A stretch of DNA of 64,000 nt from Torpedo marmorata. Taxonomy: Eukaryota. The notes under the pieces are model-generated. The model did no database searches. It was not told where the DNA came from and saw only the letters and a program-made list of their open reading frames with translations. Shown here in pieces: positions 1 through 11,590 of the stretch (within the stretch, counting starts at the first letter, position 1; each line of letters opens with the position of its first letter). The stretch lies in contig OZ360236.1 of NCBI GenBank assembly GCA_977017645.1, forward strand, positions 31,682,001-31,746,000, read 5' to 3'. Both the position numbers and the translations under genes were made by a program.

Positions 1-1275
1 CCATTGTAAATCGCTATCCTTACATTTTGAATGGAAGTAATCTATGTAAACATGTCATATGATAATTATTCCCTTCCTAGTGATGGCATCACAGCACTTC
101 TCAGAGGACAAGATGTAATTACTTTGACATTTTTACATAAGCACGTGTCAGAAAATCAATGCAAAATCTGATGCCAATTGTCACCATCTGAGATATCTTG
201 AATAATTTGTTTTAATTAAAAGCTCAAAAATTTAACTTCTAATTGTCAATTTTAATGTGATGTTCACAATTACCATAAACCATTTTCTTCAATAGCTTCT
301 TACTTATTTTTTTGTATTATGTCTTTAGTAGTTGATAATGGTTGATACCAGGTTCATCAAGAATACACAATTTTGAAACTTCTAAAAATAGTTCTCATAG
401 TTTTATTTTATCCCCCTCTAACAAGAGATTTAGATTGAATTAGATTTAATCATTGATATCTAAATCAGTCTTCAAATCAATTAATTTCAAGTAGTTGTTA
501 AAGTGGATTGAACACGTTGAAATAAGCATGATTGAGGATTTGATACGTTATTAACAAAAAGGACAAACATTTGGATGATGCTTTTGAAATGCTTTGAGGA
601 CCTCCCAAAGGGTTTCACAGTTCAGGAGTATATTTGAAGTGTCGAGGAAGAAACAGGGCAGCCAATTTGCACAATGCAAACTCCGAGAAAGAACAAAGCA
701 AACAAGGCCTGATAACTTGCGTTTGGTCAGGTTTGGTGGGAGATGAACCTTGGCAGACATCATGGGTATAATTATCTTTTCCATTTTAAAATAATTATGA
801 GACTTTTCATCCACCTGAGTAAGCCTTGTTTCCTCATAGTATCTGAAAGGCAGCAGTTCTGAGAATGTAGTGTTGCAACAGAATCCTAACCGAGACAAAT
901 CTTGAAGGTTATCAACACTCATTCATTTCTGAGCACTTTCTGAAATGTTTTTTTTAAAACAAGAGCACAGGTCATGTTTCTCCTTGAGAGCAAGTACAGC
1001 TGTAATGGGGCAAATCATCTTGTTTATACATGTTGTGCAATCATACCATTTTAAACCCATTTTTTAGCAATGCTTGTACTCACGTATTATGGGTTCAACA
1101 TCAAGGAATGTATAATCTTGCAGTGATCACATCCTGAGAGATTTAAACTGAATTTTTGCTGTTTTGCAATCTCTGTTACAGTTATTATACTGTATCAGAA
1201 ATAAATATTGGAAACATGCACATATACAATGTTTTCAGTGAATAAACATTCCTCAAATAAATAGCATTTATTGTA

Positions 1276-1769
1276 CCGTATATACTCGTGTAATAGCCGA
1301 GTTTTTTGGACCAATTTTTTTGGTAAAATCTGGGCGGGTTGACTTTTACATGGGTCATTCTTTTGACCGTGGTAAGTACCTGCGTCATTCAAGGCGTCGG
1401 GAGCTCTGATGGCCGGGACCAGGTGGTAGATCTGTGTTTGAGGCATTGGGAGCTAGGATGGGCAGGCGGGCGGCTGGGTGGTAAGTCTGCATTCGGGGCA
1501 TTGGGAGCTAGGATGGGAGGGCGGCTGGGGCCTAGGAGAGAGATTATAGCCGGGGCGTCGGGTGCTTGGATGGGTGGATGGCTGGAGCCTAGGAGAGAGT
1601 CTGTGGCTGGGGCGTTGGGAACTCGGATGGGCGGGTGGTCGAGGCCAAAAATAGGGGGTGGGGTCGACTTTTACACGGGTCATATGGAAAACGTGTGATT
1701 TTTGGGCCATAAAAGCCGGGGGGGGGGTCAACTATTACATGGGATCGACTATTACACAAGTATATACGG
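1276..1769. mobile_element. Non-autonomous pogo/Tigger-like MITE
   Basis: TIRs CCGTATATACT(C/T)GTGTAATAG(C/T)CGA, TA on both sides (1274-75, 1770-71), no transposase. The interior has degenerate G-rich ~59-bp repeats. Confidence 0.85.
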
Positions 1770-1799
1770 TATTTATAATAGAGGAAGAAAAATCCCAAT

Positions 1800-2360
1800 G
1801 AACTGTTTACAACACATTACCTGCAAAACCAGGGGAGCCAACACACTTTACCACTGCTACACCACCATTAAGAACGAATACCGAGCCACCCCACGACTGC
1901 ACTTCGGCAAGTCTGATCACCTGGCTGTACTACTCCCAGCATACAAGCAGAGACTGAGGATTACAGCACCAGTGGTGAAGACAGTGAGAGTATGGTCGAG
2001 GGAGGCGGAGGAGCGCTTGCAGGATTGCTTTGAATCGGTGGATTGGACCATATTCAAGGACTCATCCCCAAACTTGAATGAATAAGCCACTGCTGTCACT
2101 GACTTCATCCAGACCTGCGTGGATGAGTATGAGCTCACTCGCACATACCGGGAATCCTCCAACCAGAAGCCATGGATGAATCAAAAGGTTTGCAACCTGC
2201 TGAAGGTGAGGATGAGGCTGGGGATCCAGATCTCTACAAGAAGCCCAGGTACGACATATGGAAGGCTATCACAGCAGCAGAGGCATTCTGACGGAAGCTA
2301 GAGACAGAATCAGATACTCTGTAGCTATGGCAGGGACTGCAAGTGATTACATCCTATAAG
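1800..2360 (+). mobile_element. Rex1/Babar LINE fragment (endonuclease-linker region)
   Basis: Translation QHITCKTRGANTLYHCYTT...HFGKSDHLAVLL...EERLQDCFESVDW matches the longer copy at 27495-28241. Confidence 0.8.
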
Positions 2361-2369
2361 GCCCATGGA

Positions 2370-2492
2370 TAAAACCCATGCAGACACCGGGAGAATGTAT
2401 AAACTCCTTATAGACAGCGCGGGATTCAAACCCCGGTCCCGATCGCTGGTGCTGTAAAGGCATTGCGCTAACCACTACACCAACCATGCCTC
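2370..2492 (-). mobile_element. tRNA-derived SINE fragment (HE1/V-SINE type)
   Basis: Reverse-complement similarity to the SINE at 16857 (tRNA-like head, CTGTAAGGAGTTTATAC...CTGCATGGGTTT). Confidence 0.7.
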
Positions 2493-3744
2493 CCATAGCA
2501 GGTCAGAGGACAAGCATCGTGCAAGAGTTGGCATACCTCTTAACATTCAACATGGTTTCATCATTTGCAAGTGGGGCTGCTGTGAAATATTCTCCACATT
2601 CTTAAATGTTCCAAGAACAAAAATTTCACTGGCAAAAGCAATTCACTTGATTGGTATCGCTTAACCGTTCCCTTCCGCAACTGCTAGCCCAGCGAGGCTG
2701 AATTGTGCATCAGCAAGATCAAATGAAGAAACTCAAACAGTGGTCTTGATGGGGACTCCTACATTACTACAAAATAAACTTTGAAAAAACTCATGTACCC
2801 AAATATTACACAAACTAGGTGTTGGCCAGTGGTCTTACACAAGTGGAAACTATCCATGGGATTAGGATTCACAGACTAAAGGGGCTGATCTGGTAAATGA
2901 AGTTTAAGTAGCAAGAGTGTAATAAAATTTATATCCCACAATCACTCATCAGGCTTTTAGTACATGTCAGAGGAGTAGTACAACCATTCATTCTAAAGGG
3001 GACATTAATGATACACAAATTACTTTGGTAGCATGGACCTCACTGTGAATGTGCTACTTAACATGCCATTCTCCACTTACATCATCACCATGAAATCTGA
3101 AAAATACATTAAGGAGAGAAAATCATTTTTGCACAAAGAAATGGATAAATTAACTTGCATTTATATGGTGCTTTACTGCATTTCTTAGAATCATTCCAAA
3201 TTGGTTCACATCTAATAAACAATTCTGAAGTGCAGATTCTTAAGGTACAGGCAAAAATTGTACACATCAAACCTACACAAACAGCAATGGGACAAATATG
3301 AAATATTTTAATTTCAGTCCGATTAGTGGAGGAAGAACATTGGCTTGGCGGCAGGAAAATTTCCAAGTTCTTTGATTAATGATTTGAGAACATTACCGAA
3401 CACATACACAGATCGGCAAAACTTCAGTTCAGAATTTCTTTTTCAAAAAGGTGCTATGCAGATCTAATTGCATCTTATCCTTAAACTGGCTCCCTATTTG
3501 TTAAAAGGCATTTAATTTGTTAAAGAGGCAATTTAATCGCGAACAATAGCATTATGCTCATTTATACTGGTTTCTCATTTATGTATACTCTGTCAGAAAT
3601 TATGCTCTTTATGTTTGCCAGCTACTGCTCATTTGGTAGAAACCTCACTTCTGAATCCAAGCCTCATCTCAGAATTTAAAACCACCACCTTGTTGGTGAT
3701 GGATTTAAATTCCATTCCAGAGCTATGAATCACAATACCAATTA

Positions 3745-5124
3745 CAGTTTGGTATAGGGACACCAATACCTGAGAGGAAAGCCCTGCAAAAGTTAGTGGA
3801 CACAGCCCAGGACATCACAGGCAAAACCCTCCCCACCATCGAGAACATCCACAGGGAACGCTGCTGTCGGAGAGCATTAGCAATCATCAAAGATCCAAAC
3901 CACGCAGCACATGCTCTGTTCTTGCTGCTGCCATCAGGAAAGAGGTATAGGTGCCACAAGACTTGCACCACCAGGATCAGGAACAGCTGCTACCCCTCCA
4001 CAATCAGACTCGTCAACAACAAACTCAATAAGAGACTCATAAGGAATCTTGCATTTGCACTTTATTGATTTTTTTTCCTCTCTGTATTGCACAGTTTGTT
4101 TACATTTTTTATTGTGTTACAAACTCAAACCAGCAACGACAGAAGAAGCAATGCAAAATGGGTAAAATTGAAATTTATATTTATTAAAGACAATTAAACA
4201 TAATTTCTTAACAATTAACCCCACTATAAATGTCTATAGACACTATTCATATCTAAAGAGTGTGTGTATAAAGCCCAGACCATTACAGTCTATGCTCAAC
4301 CCTCATGTAAAAATGGAAAAACCTTCCCCAAAACCCCAGGTCAGTCATAAAAATAAGTCAGTCCCAAAAATACAGTCCACAAAAATCACTCTCTACGTTC
4401 AGGGTCCAAATTCAGCAATGTGTACTGGCACGAAGGACTTCTTAATGAACGTTGGAGAGAGAGAGACAATGACTGTTTAAGCTTACGAATGCTTGGCCTG
4501 CTTTTCTTCTCTGATGACTTTCCCTTTTGTTAGGTACACGAGGATTGCTGTTCCAAATCAGTTTTGATTGAGGATTATACTTGGATCTCACAGCCTGTCT
4601 CGCTGATCTCACGCCTGTTCTCCACGAAAGTTGCTTTATCTCAGGGTTTTGCTGATTCAAGAGGCCATGTGCTATTTTCCCCAGTCTTTTACTGGAATGC
4701 ACAAGCCTGGTTTTTGTGTTGTTGCTCTAGCCTTTTACAACTCCAGACTGAATGCTTTTTGCAGGGGTTTGCACCTGCTTTTGCAAAAGTGCAAGAAAGT
4801 ATCTTTCCACAGCCTGTCTCTCTCTCTCTGTGTCTCTCTCTCTCTCTCTGTGAGCACACCCAGTCCTGGGCAAGTTAACTCTTTCAGTACCTGGTCCCAG
4901 TGTGTACTCCAAAAGACTTCATCCTTCCTGCTGACCGTCCGCAGTCCAAATGGTCAGTCATGGTCCATAACAATTGGTTTACATGTATATAGTACTTATC
5001 TTCTCGACTACAGTTTTTCGCAGTACCAATAAGTGGTAATTCTGCCTTGCCCAGGAAAAATAATCTCAGGGTTGTACTGCATGTGATATCATGTATGTAC
5101 TCTGACAATAAATCTGAACTTTGA
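3745..5124 (+). mobile_element. Rex1/Babar LINE 3' end, interrupted by a solo LTR
   Basis: C-terminal IIKDPNHAAHALFLLLPSGKRYR motif. The 3' UTR resumes after the LTR and ends AATAAATCTGAACTTTGAAC. Confidence 0.8.
4115..4972 (-). mobile_element. Solo LTR of the Gmr1-like family
   Basis: TG...CA termini, 4-bp TSD ATTG (4111-14 and 4973-76), homologous to the LTR at 31909-32762. Confidence 0.93.
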
Positions 5125-6012
5125 ACAAAGAGGGCACTGCAATGCACCAATGCATTTCAGGAGCCAATCTTTCAGATGAGACATCAAACAGAAAATTTGG
5201 AGAAGTTAAACTTTGAACTGTATCCAATCTTTTTGCCTAAATTAAGACGACCGAAACATTTACTGTTGCCACTTTGCAGTGAATGCTGATATGCACAAAT
5301 TGCAATCAAGGAAGCAGTATCACTGTCAGACAGAAGGAAGTCAGTGTGGAACATTCTGAGGTTACAAAGGTGCATAAGAAAATGCACATCTTTATTTTTT
5401 CTGCGTGGTACAAGTTTTTCCATAATTGATTTTGCTGGATCAAGTTATTCATGATTTAATATCATGTTTGGTGATACATTAGTGGAATCCCCATGCACGT
5501 CTACAACCACGTTGAAGAATAAATGCCAGCGGATTATTCCCCATTTCACAAAAAAAATGTTCACAGTTGTTTCATAACACTTCAAAGTTCTTCTCAGCCA
5601 GGGGAAGACAAATTACCCACAGAGTCCAGAAAAAGGAAAGACGATGAGACCAGAAAATGAGAAATAAAATATTGGATTGCAAGGAAATGAACTCCTCTGA
5701 AAAATTTTCAAATAGTTGGAAACAACATGATCCAATTCCTCAAATCCATTAACCACACTGCTTACAGGACTTATTTTTCATTATTAATACTGCTTGTAGA
5801 ATAGTTAAAATATAGCAAATCTGCAAGTGCCATAGACTTTAATGAGAATGATACGGTTATAATTACACATTTACATTTTCTGCCTGGAGTCTTAGCTGAT
5901 AAAAAGATTGCTAAAATCATCAATGTTCCTCAGTAGATTGATGTGTCAGAAGGCCTTTGACAAGGTGTCACACGAGGCTGCTAAACAAAATAGGAGCTCA
6001 TGGTATTATGGG

Positions 6013-7306
6013 CATAGGCGTATCTAAGGTATGGCAGCTAGGGCACATGCCCTGGGCGCCACTGTCCTCGCCTCGCCCGCCCAATATCCGAGTCCCTAGC
6101 CCAACAATGAATCTCCATCCCAGGGGTGCAGTGCTGCCGGGGCTCACTTGAGCACGCCGGAGCGCTGCTCCGGCACCTCACCGGGCCATTCTGGGCTGGT
6201 ATCTCATCGAGCCGCTTCGGCACCTCGCTCAATGCTGGATCAATGGGAAAAATGGCCGTCTTCCTTTCCCATAATCCCCCACGCAGCTGGAACTGTTCTG
6301 CCAGTGCTAGTGCCAGGGAAACGCAGAGCGGTTCCAGCTCCGTGAGGGATTATGGGTAAGGAAGACGGCCATTTTGCCCATTGATCCCGCATTGAGCGAG
6401 GTGCCGGAGCAGCTCCGGTGAGCTCCGGCAGCACTGCACTCAGGGCCGCACTACCATTAGGCGAACCAGACCTCTGAACAATCGCAGGTAAGACTTTATT
6501 TTGCCCTGAAGTGGCAGCAACGTTTATGTTTGAATCCTGCAAAGTGCAAGGGGAGAGATTATGTGCGTGGAGCGGGGGGAAAAGACCCGCCCCTGACTAG
6601 CCCAATGTTTATCTTCACCGGGACACCCCTTGTGTTATCCGTGGCCTGCAGCAGACTCTTGCAAAACAAAAGTGAGTCGGAGTTTTCATTGAAGTAAGCT
6701 GGGAATTGCAGCAGTGAGAATTCAAGAGTTCACCCCAACCCCCCATGTGCATGTTCTGTTCCCCACTGAAGCCGGGCAGAGTTATTCCGGGATAAGAAAG
6801 GAAGTTCAGGTACAGGCTGCCCTTCTCGGCTCCACTGTCAGGCCGGTTTGGCCCAGCCTTGGGTGCAGAAGAGGCAGCATTCAGTCACCGCCGGTGCGAC
6901 GGCAGTTAACAGCAATGCGCTTGCAGTTCTCCAGACAGCACGCTCCTGTGCCCGGCTCTGGAGTGGTCGCACGTCAATATACTGTATATTCAACACGCTG
7001 GATTCTCGAACAAAGCAAACGAGTCTAATCGCATGGCAGGCACAGAGGCCATAAACCTTTCGCCCGTCTCACTTCTAATCCTGTTACAATGAACCCGACT
7101 GTGAGGAACGGGCCTAATTTAGGGAACGGGAATTCATGACCTCTGAGAAAGTGCCCAATACACATGCGGCCGATCTTCAAAACTAGCCCAATTGTGCGTG
7201 AAAACCTCCCAACTGCCAACTTCATGTGCGATTTTTTAACGGGGGGGTGGGGGAGGCGCAATTTCAGTGCATGCCATAGGCACTATTTTACCTAGATACG
7301 CCACTG
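6013..7306. mobile_element. Non-autonomous hAT-type DNA transposon
   Basis: Imperfect TIRs CATAGGCGTATCTA / TAGATACGCCACTG, 8-bp TSD ATTATGGG (6005-12 and 7307-14). The CR1 sequence is contiguous across the insertion. Confidence 0.88.
6123..6441. repeat. Long fold-back inverted repeat inside the hAT element
   Basis: Inner arms ~6215-6301 and ~6323-6410 are near-perfect reverse complements. Outer arms are ~6123-6147 and ~6418-6441. Confidence 0.9.
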
Positions 7307-8635
7307 ATTATGGGAAGGTACCAGCATGGTCAGAAGGCAAAGAGTGAATAAACGAGCATTTTCTGGCTGGCTTTAGGTGACTAGTGGTGTTCCGCAGAAA
7401 TCAGTGTTGAGTCCGCTAAATTTCACGCTGTACGAAAATGATTTAGATGATGAAATTGATGATTTTGTGGCCAAGTTTGAGGGTGATACGAAGATAGATC
7501 GAGGGGCAGGTGGTGTTGGAAGAGGGACCTGGATAGGTTGGGAGAACGGGCAAAGAGGTGGCAGATGAAATATAGCGTCGGGAAGTGTATGGTCATGCAC
7601 TTTGGAAGAAGGATTAAAGAAGTAGGTATCTGATTGGTCAGGGTATAAAGGGATATGGGGAAAAGGCCGTAAATTGGAATTAGATGTGAGAACAGTTTAG
7701 CTCAGGGTGGAGTTGCGTACAGACTCAATGGGCCGAATGGCCTATTTCTGTTCTTTTATCCTGTGATCTTGTGAAGTATAATATCTTCTGAATGGGGAGA
7801 GAATTCAGAAAGTGAAGGTCAAATGGGATTTAGGACTGCTAGTGCAGGATTCTTTCAAGGTTAACTTGCAGGTTGAGTCAGGAGTAAGGAAGGCAAATGC
7901 AGTGATTGTATTGTACTCCTTTTGAATTGAATGCTAAGTAAAAGATGTAATGCTGTCGGTTCACAAGGCGTTGGTCAGACCACATTTGGAGTATTGCAAG
8001 TGGTTTCAGGCCCCATATCCAAGGAAGGATGTGCTGGTATTGACAGGATCCAGAGGTTCACGAAAATGATCCCAAGGATGAGAGGGTTAATGTATGAGTC
8101 GCTTTTGATGGCTCTGAGCTGCACTCACTGCAGTTTAGAAGGATGAGGGGAGATCTCATTAAAACATTGCAAATATTGAAAGGAGTGGATAGAGTGGACA
8201 TGGAGAAGATATTTTCAGTCGGGGAAGAGTCTAGGACCAGAGGGCACAGACTCAGATTAGAACATAGAACATTACAGCACAGTACAGGCCCTTCAGCCCA
8301 TGATTTTGTGCTGACCCATATATGCACCTACCAAAACAAAAAAACTAAACCCTCCCTACCGCAATCATCTATTTTTCTTTCATCCATGTGCCTGTCCAAG
8401 AGTCTTCTAAATGTCCCTATTGTTGCACCCTCCACCACAAACCCTGGCAAGGCATTCTAGGCACCCACAACTCTAAAAAAAAAAAACCAAAAAAAAAACT
8501 TGCCCCTAATGTCTCCCCTAAACATTCCTCCCTTCACTTTGTACAGAGATGAGGTAAATTTCTTCAGTCAGAAGGCCATGAATCTGTGGAATTCAGTGCC
8601 ACATATGGCTGTGGAGGCCAAGTCATTGGGTATAT

Positions 8636-9029
8636 TCCTCCTCCACAATCTGCATCAGTACCGGAGCACCACAGGGCTGCGTATTTAGCCCCCTGCTCTA
8701 CTCGCTTTACACCCATGACTATATAGCTTGGTACGACAACAACACCATCTACAAATTTGCTGATGATACCATGGTAGTGGGGTGTATAAAAAGGGGCGAT
8801 GACTCACTATACAGGAGGGAGATTGAAAACTTGGCTGAATGGTGCACTAACAACAACCTCGCACTCAATGTCCCCAAAACCAAGGAGCTGATTGTGGACT
8901 TTTGGAAGGGAAAAGCAGAGGTGTCCGATTCAGTGATCACTGGTGAAATCAGAAATGGAGAGTGTGAGCAAATTTAAATTCCTGGGAGTCACTATCTCCG
9001 AGGACCTTTCCTGGACCCAACACACTAAT
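8636..9029 (+). mobile_element. Rex1/Babar RT fragment
   Basis: [19 protein letters not shown]...KFADDT...LAEWCTNNNLALN. Confidence 0.8.
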
Positions 9030-9876
9030 TTCAGATTTATTGTCAGAGTACATACATGACATCACATACAACCCTGCGATTCCTTTATCCTGTGGGCGCG
9101 GCAGAATTACCACTAATTGGTAGTGCAAAAAATAAACTGTACACAGTGTAAAACGTAAACAAACAAAGAACTGTAAACAAACTGACTGTTCAATACAGAG
9201 AGAACAAAAATAAAATCAAGAAAGTGCACAAGAGTCCTTAAACGAGTCTCTGATTGAGTTTGTCATTGAGGAGTTTGATGGTGGAGGGGTAGCAGCTGTT
9301 TGTGAACCTGGTGGTGAGAGTCTTGTGGCACCTATACCTCTTTCCTGATGGTAGCAGCGAGAAAAGATCGTGTGCTGGGTGGTGTGGATCCTTGATGATT
9401 GCTGCTGCTCTCCGACGGCAGCGCTCCCTGTAGATGTGCTCAATAGCGGGGAGGGTTTTGCCTGTAATGTCCTGGGCTGTGTCCACTACCTTTTGGAGGG
9501 CTTTACGCTCAGGGGTATTGGTGTTCCCATACCAGACCGTGATGCAGCCGGTCAGCACACTTTCCACCACACCTCTGTTGAAATTTGCCAGGGTTTCTGA
9601 TGTCATACCAAGCCTCCGCAAACTCCTGAGGAAGTAGAGGCGCTGTCGTGCTTTCTTCACGATGCCATTAGTGTGTTGGGTCCAGGAAAGATCCTCCGTG
9701 ATAGTGACTACCAAGAACTTAAATTTGCTCACCCTCTCCACCTCTGATCCTCCAATGATCACTGGATCGTACACCTCTGGTTTTTCCTTCCTGAAGTCAA
9801 CAATCAGCTCCTTAGTTTTGGTGACATTAGGTGCAAGGTTGTTGTTGGTGCACCATTCAGCCAGTTTTTCAATCAA
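9030..9876 (-). mobile_element. Rex1/Babar LINE, 5'-truncated
   Basis: ORF 9238-9876 is the RT C-terminus (KKARQRLYFLR...IIKDPHHPAH.LFSLLPSGKRYR), followed by a 3' UTR with an AATAAATCTGAA tail. Confidence 0.88.
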
Positions 9877-9966
9877 ATGAATGTGTCACCAAAAGTTAAG
9901 AGAATGGGAGGAACACTGCCGCTCCACGACTATGAACTTTCCAATCAGATACCAGTGATGTCCATG

Positions 9967-11590
9967 AAACACGAAAGTCTGCAGACACTGTGATTGTAGT
10001 AAAAACGCAGAGATGCTGGAGGAATTCAGCTGGTCTCCAAGCATCCATAGGAGGTAAAGATATATTACCGGTGTTTCGGACCTGAGCCCTTCCTTAAGAT
10101 ATGAGTGAACATATGAAGGCATCTATGTAGAAGGCTGGGGTAAAAGAATGGGAGGGTGAAGAGTACAGATAAAAGGTCTTAATTGGATATGATAAGAGGA
10201 TGAGAGAGAGAGACAGAGAGAGAGAAAGATTGGGGAGAAGTTGATATTAGTGCCATCCGGTTGGAGGGTGCCCAAACAGAATACGAGGTGTTGTTCCTCC
10301 AATTTGTGGGTGGTTTCAGTCTGGCAGTGCATGAGACCGTGGACGGACATGTCAGCAAGGGAATGGGGCGGGGAATTGAAATGGGAGGCCACTGGGAGAT
10401 CCAGCCTATTGTGGCGGACAGAGCTGAGGTGCTCAATGAAGCGATCTCCCAGTCTGCATCCAGTCTCTCTGATGTAGCAGAGACCACAACGGGAGCACCG
10501 GATGCAGTAGATGACCCCTGCAGATTCACAAGTGAAGTGCTGCTTCACTTGGAATGACTGTTCAGGGAGGGAGGAGTAGACAAAGGAGTCACAGAGGGAG
10601 CCATCCCAGCAGAAGGCAGAGAGGGGAATATGGCTTGTGGTTGGATCACATAGTAGGTGGCGGAAATAGTGGAGGATAAAATGATGGGTGCGGAGGCTGG
10701 TGGGGTGGTAGGTGAGGAGCAGGGGAATCCTGTCCTTGCTGTGTGTGGGGATGGAAGGGGCCAGGGCAGATGTGCAGGTAATGGAGGATATGCGGGTGAG
10801 GGCCGAGTTATTGTTGGTAGAGGGGAAGCCACGTTGTTTGAAGGAGGACATCTCTAATGATCTGGCATGGAAGACCTCGTTCTGTGAGCAGATGCGACGG
10901 AGATGGAGGAATTGAGAGAAAGGAATGGAATCCTTCCAGGGGACAGGGTGTGAAGAGGTGTCGTCAAGGTAGCTGTGGGAGTTGGTGTGTTTGTTGAAGA
11001 TGTCTGTCGAGAGTTTATCTTCCGAGATGGAGACAGGGATCAAGAAAAGAGAGAGTATTGCAAGAGATGGACAAAGTGAATTTGAGGTCTGGGTGGAAGT
11101 TGGCAGCAAAGTGGTTAAAGTCGATGAGCTCATCATGAGTGCATGAGGCAGCACCAAAGTAATCATCGATGTAGCAGAGGAAGAGTTGAGGGGTCTTGTC
11201 TGTGTAGGATTGTAGCATGAATTGCTCCACCTATCCAACAAAAAGGCAGGCATAGCTGGGGCCAATGCGGGTACCCATGGCTACCCCTTTGACTTGGAGA
11301 AAGTGGGATGACTCAAAGGAGAAGTTATTGAGGGTGAGGACAAGTTCTGCCAACTGGAGGAGGGTGGTGGAGGGGGACTGGTTGGTTTGTTGTCGAGAAA
11401 GAAACAAAGGGCTTTGAGGCCTTCAGTGTGGGGGATGGAGGTGTATAGTGATTGGATGTCCATGGTAAAGATCAAGTTAAAGTTCAGGGAACTGGAAGTT
11501 GTTGAAGTGATGGAGGGCATGTGAAGCATCCCAGATATAGGTGGGAAGGGACCGGGGGGACAAAACGGAGTCAAGGTAAACAGATACCAG
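9967..11590 (-). mobile_element. Degenerate Penelope-like element (RT + GIY-YIG)
   Basis: FTMDIQSLYTSIPH, YIDD and VIYCIRCSRCGLCYI.ETG motifs across frameshifts. Boundaries are approximate. Confidence 0.85.

Larger units (their letters stand above)
5945..8635 (+). mobile_element. Degenerate CR1 (HER1-like) LINE ORF2 with nested insertions
   Basis: FDKV.H.RLL.KI.AHGI, VTSGVPQ.SVL.P and RMRGDLI.T..ILKG.DRVD motifs. It is interrupted by a hAT (6013-7306) and by CR1 3' tails near 7630-7775 and 8259-8545. Confidence 0.75.

Noticed and set aside
551-922. 123-aa minus-strand ORF
   Set aside because: No recognisable domain or clear splice context. Likely a chance ORF.
8636-9876. Twin-priming inversion of a single Rex1 copy
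   Set aside because: The two pieces overlap in sequence, differ from each other, and meet at the 3' tail, so they are two separate copies.
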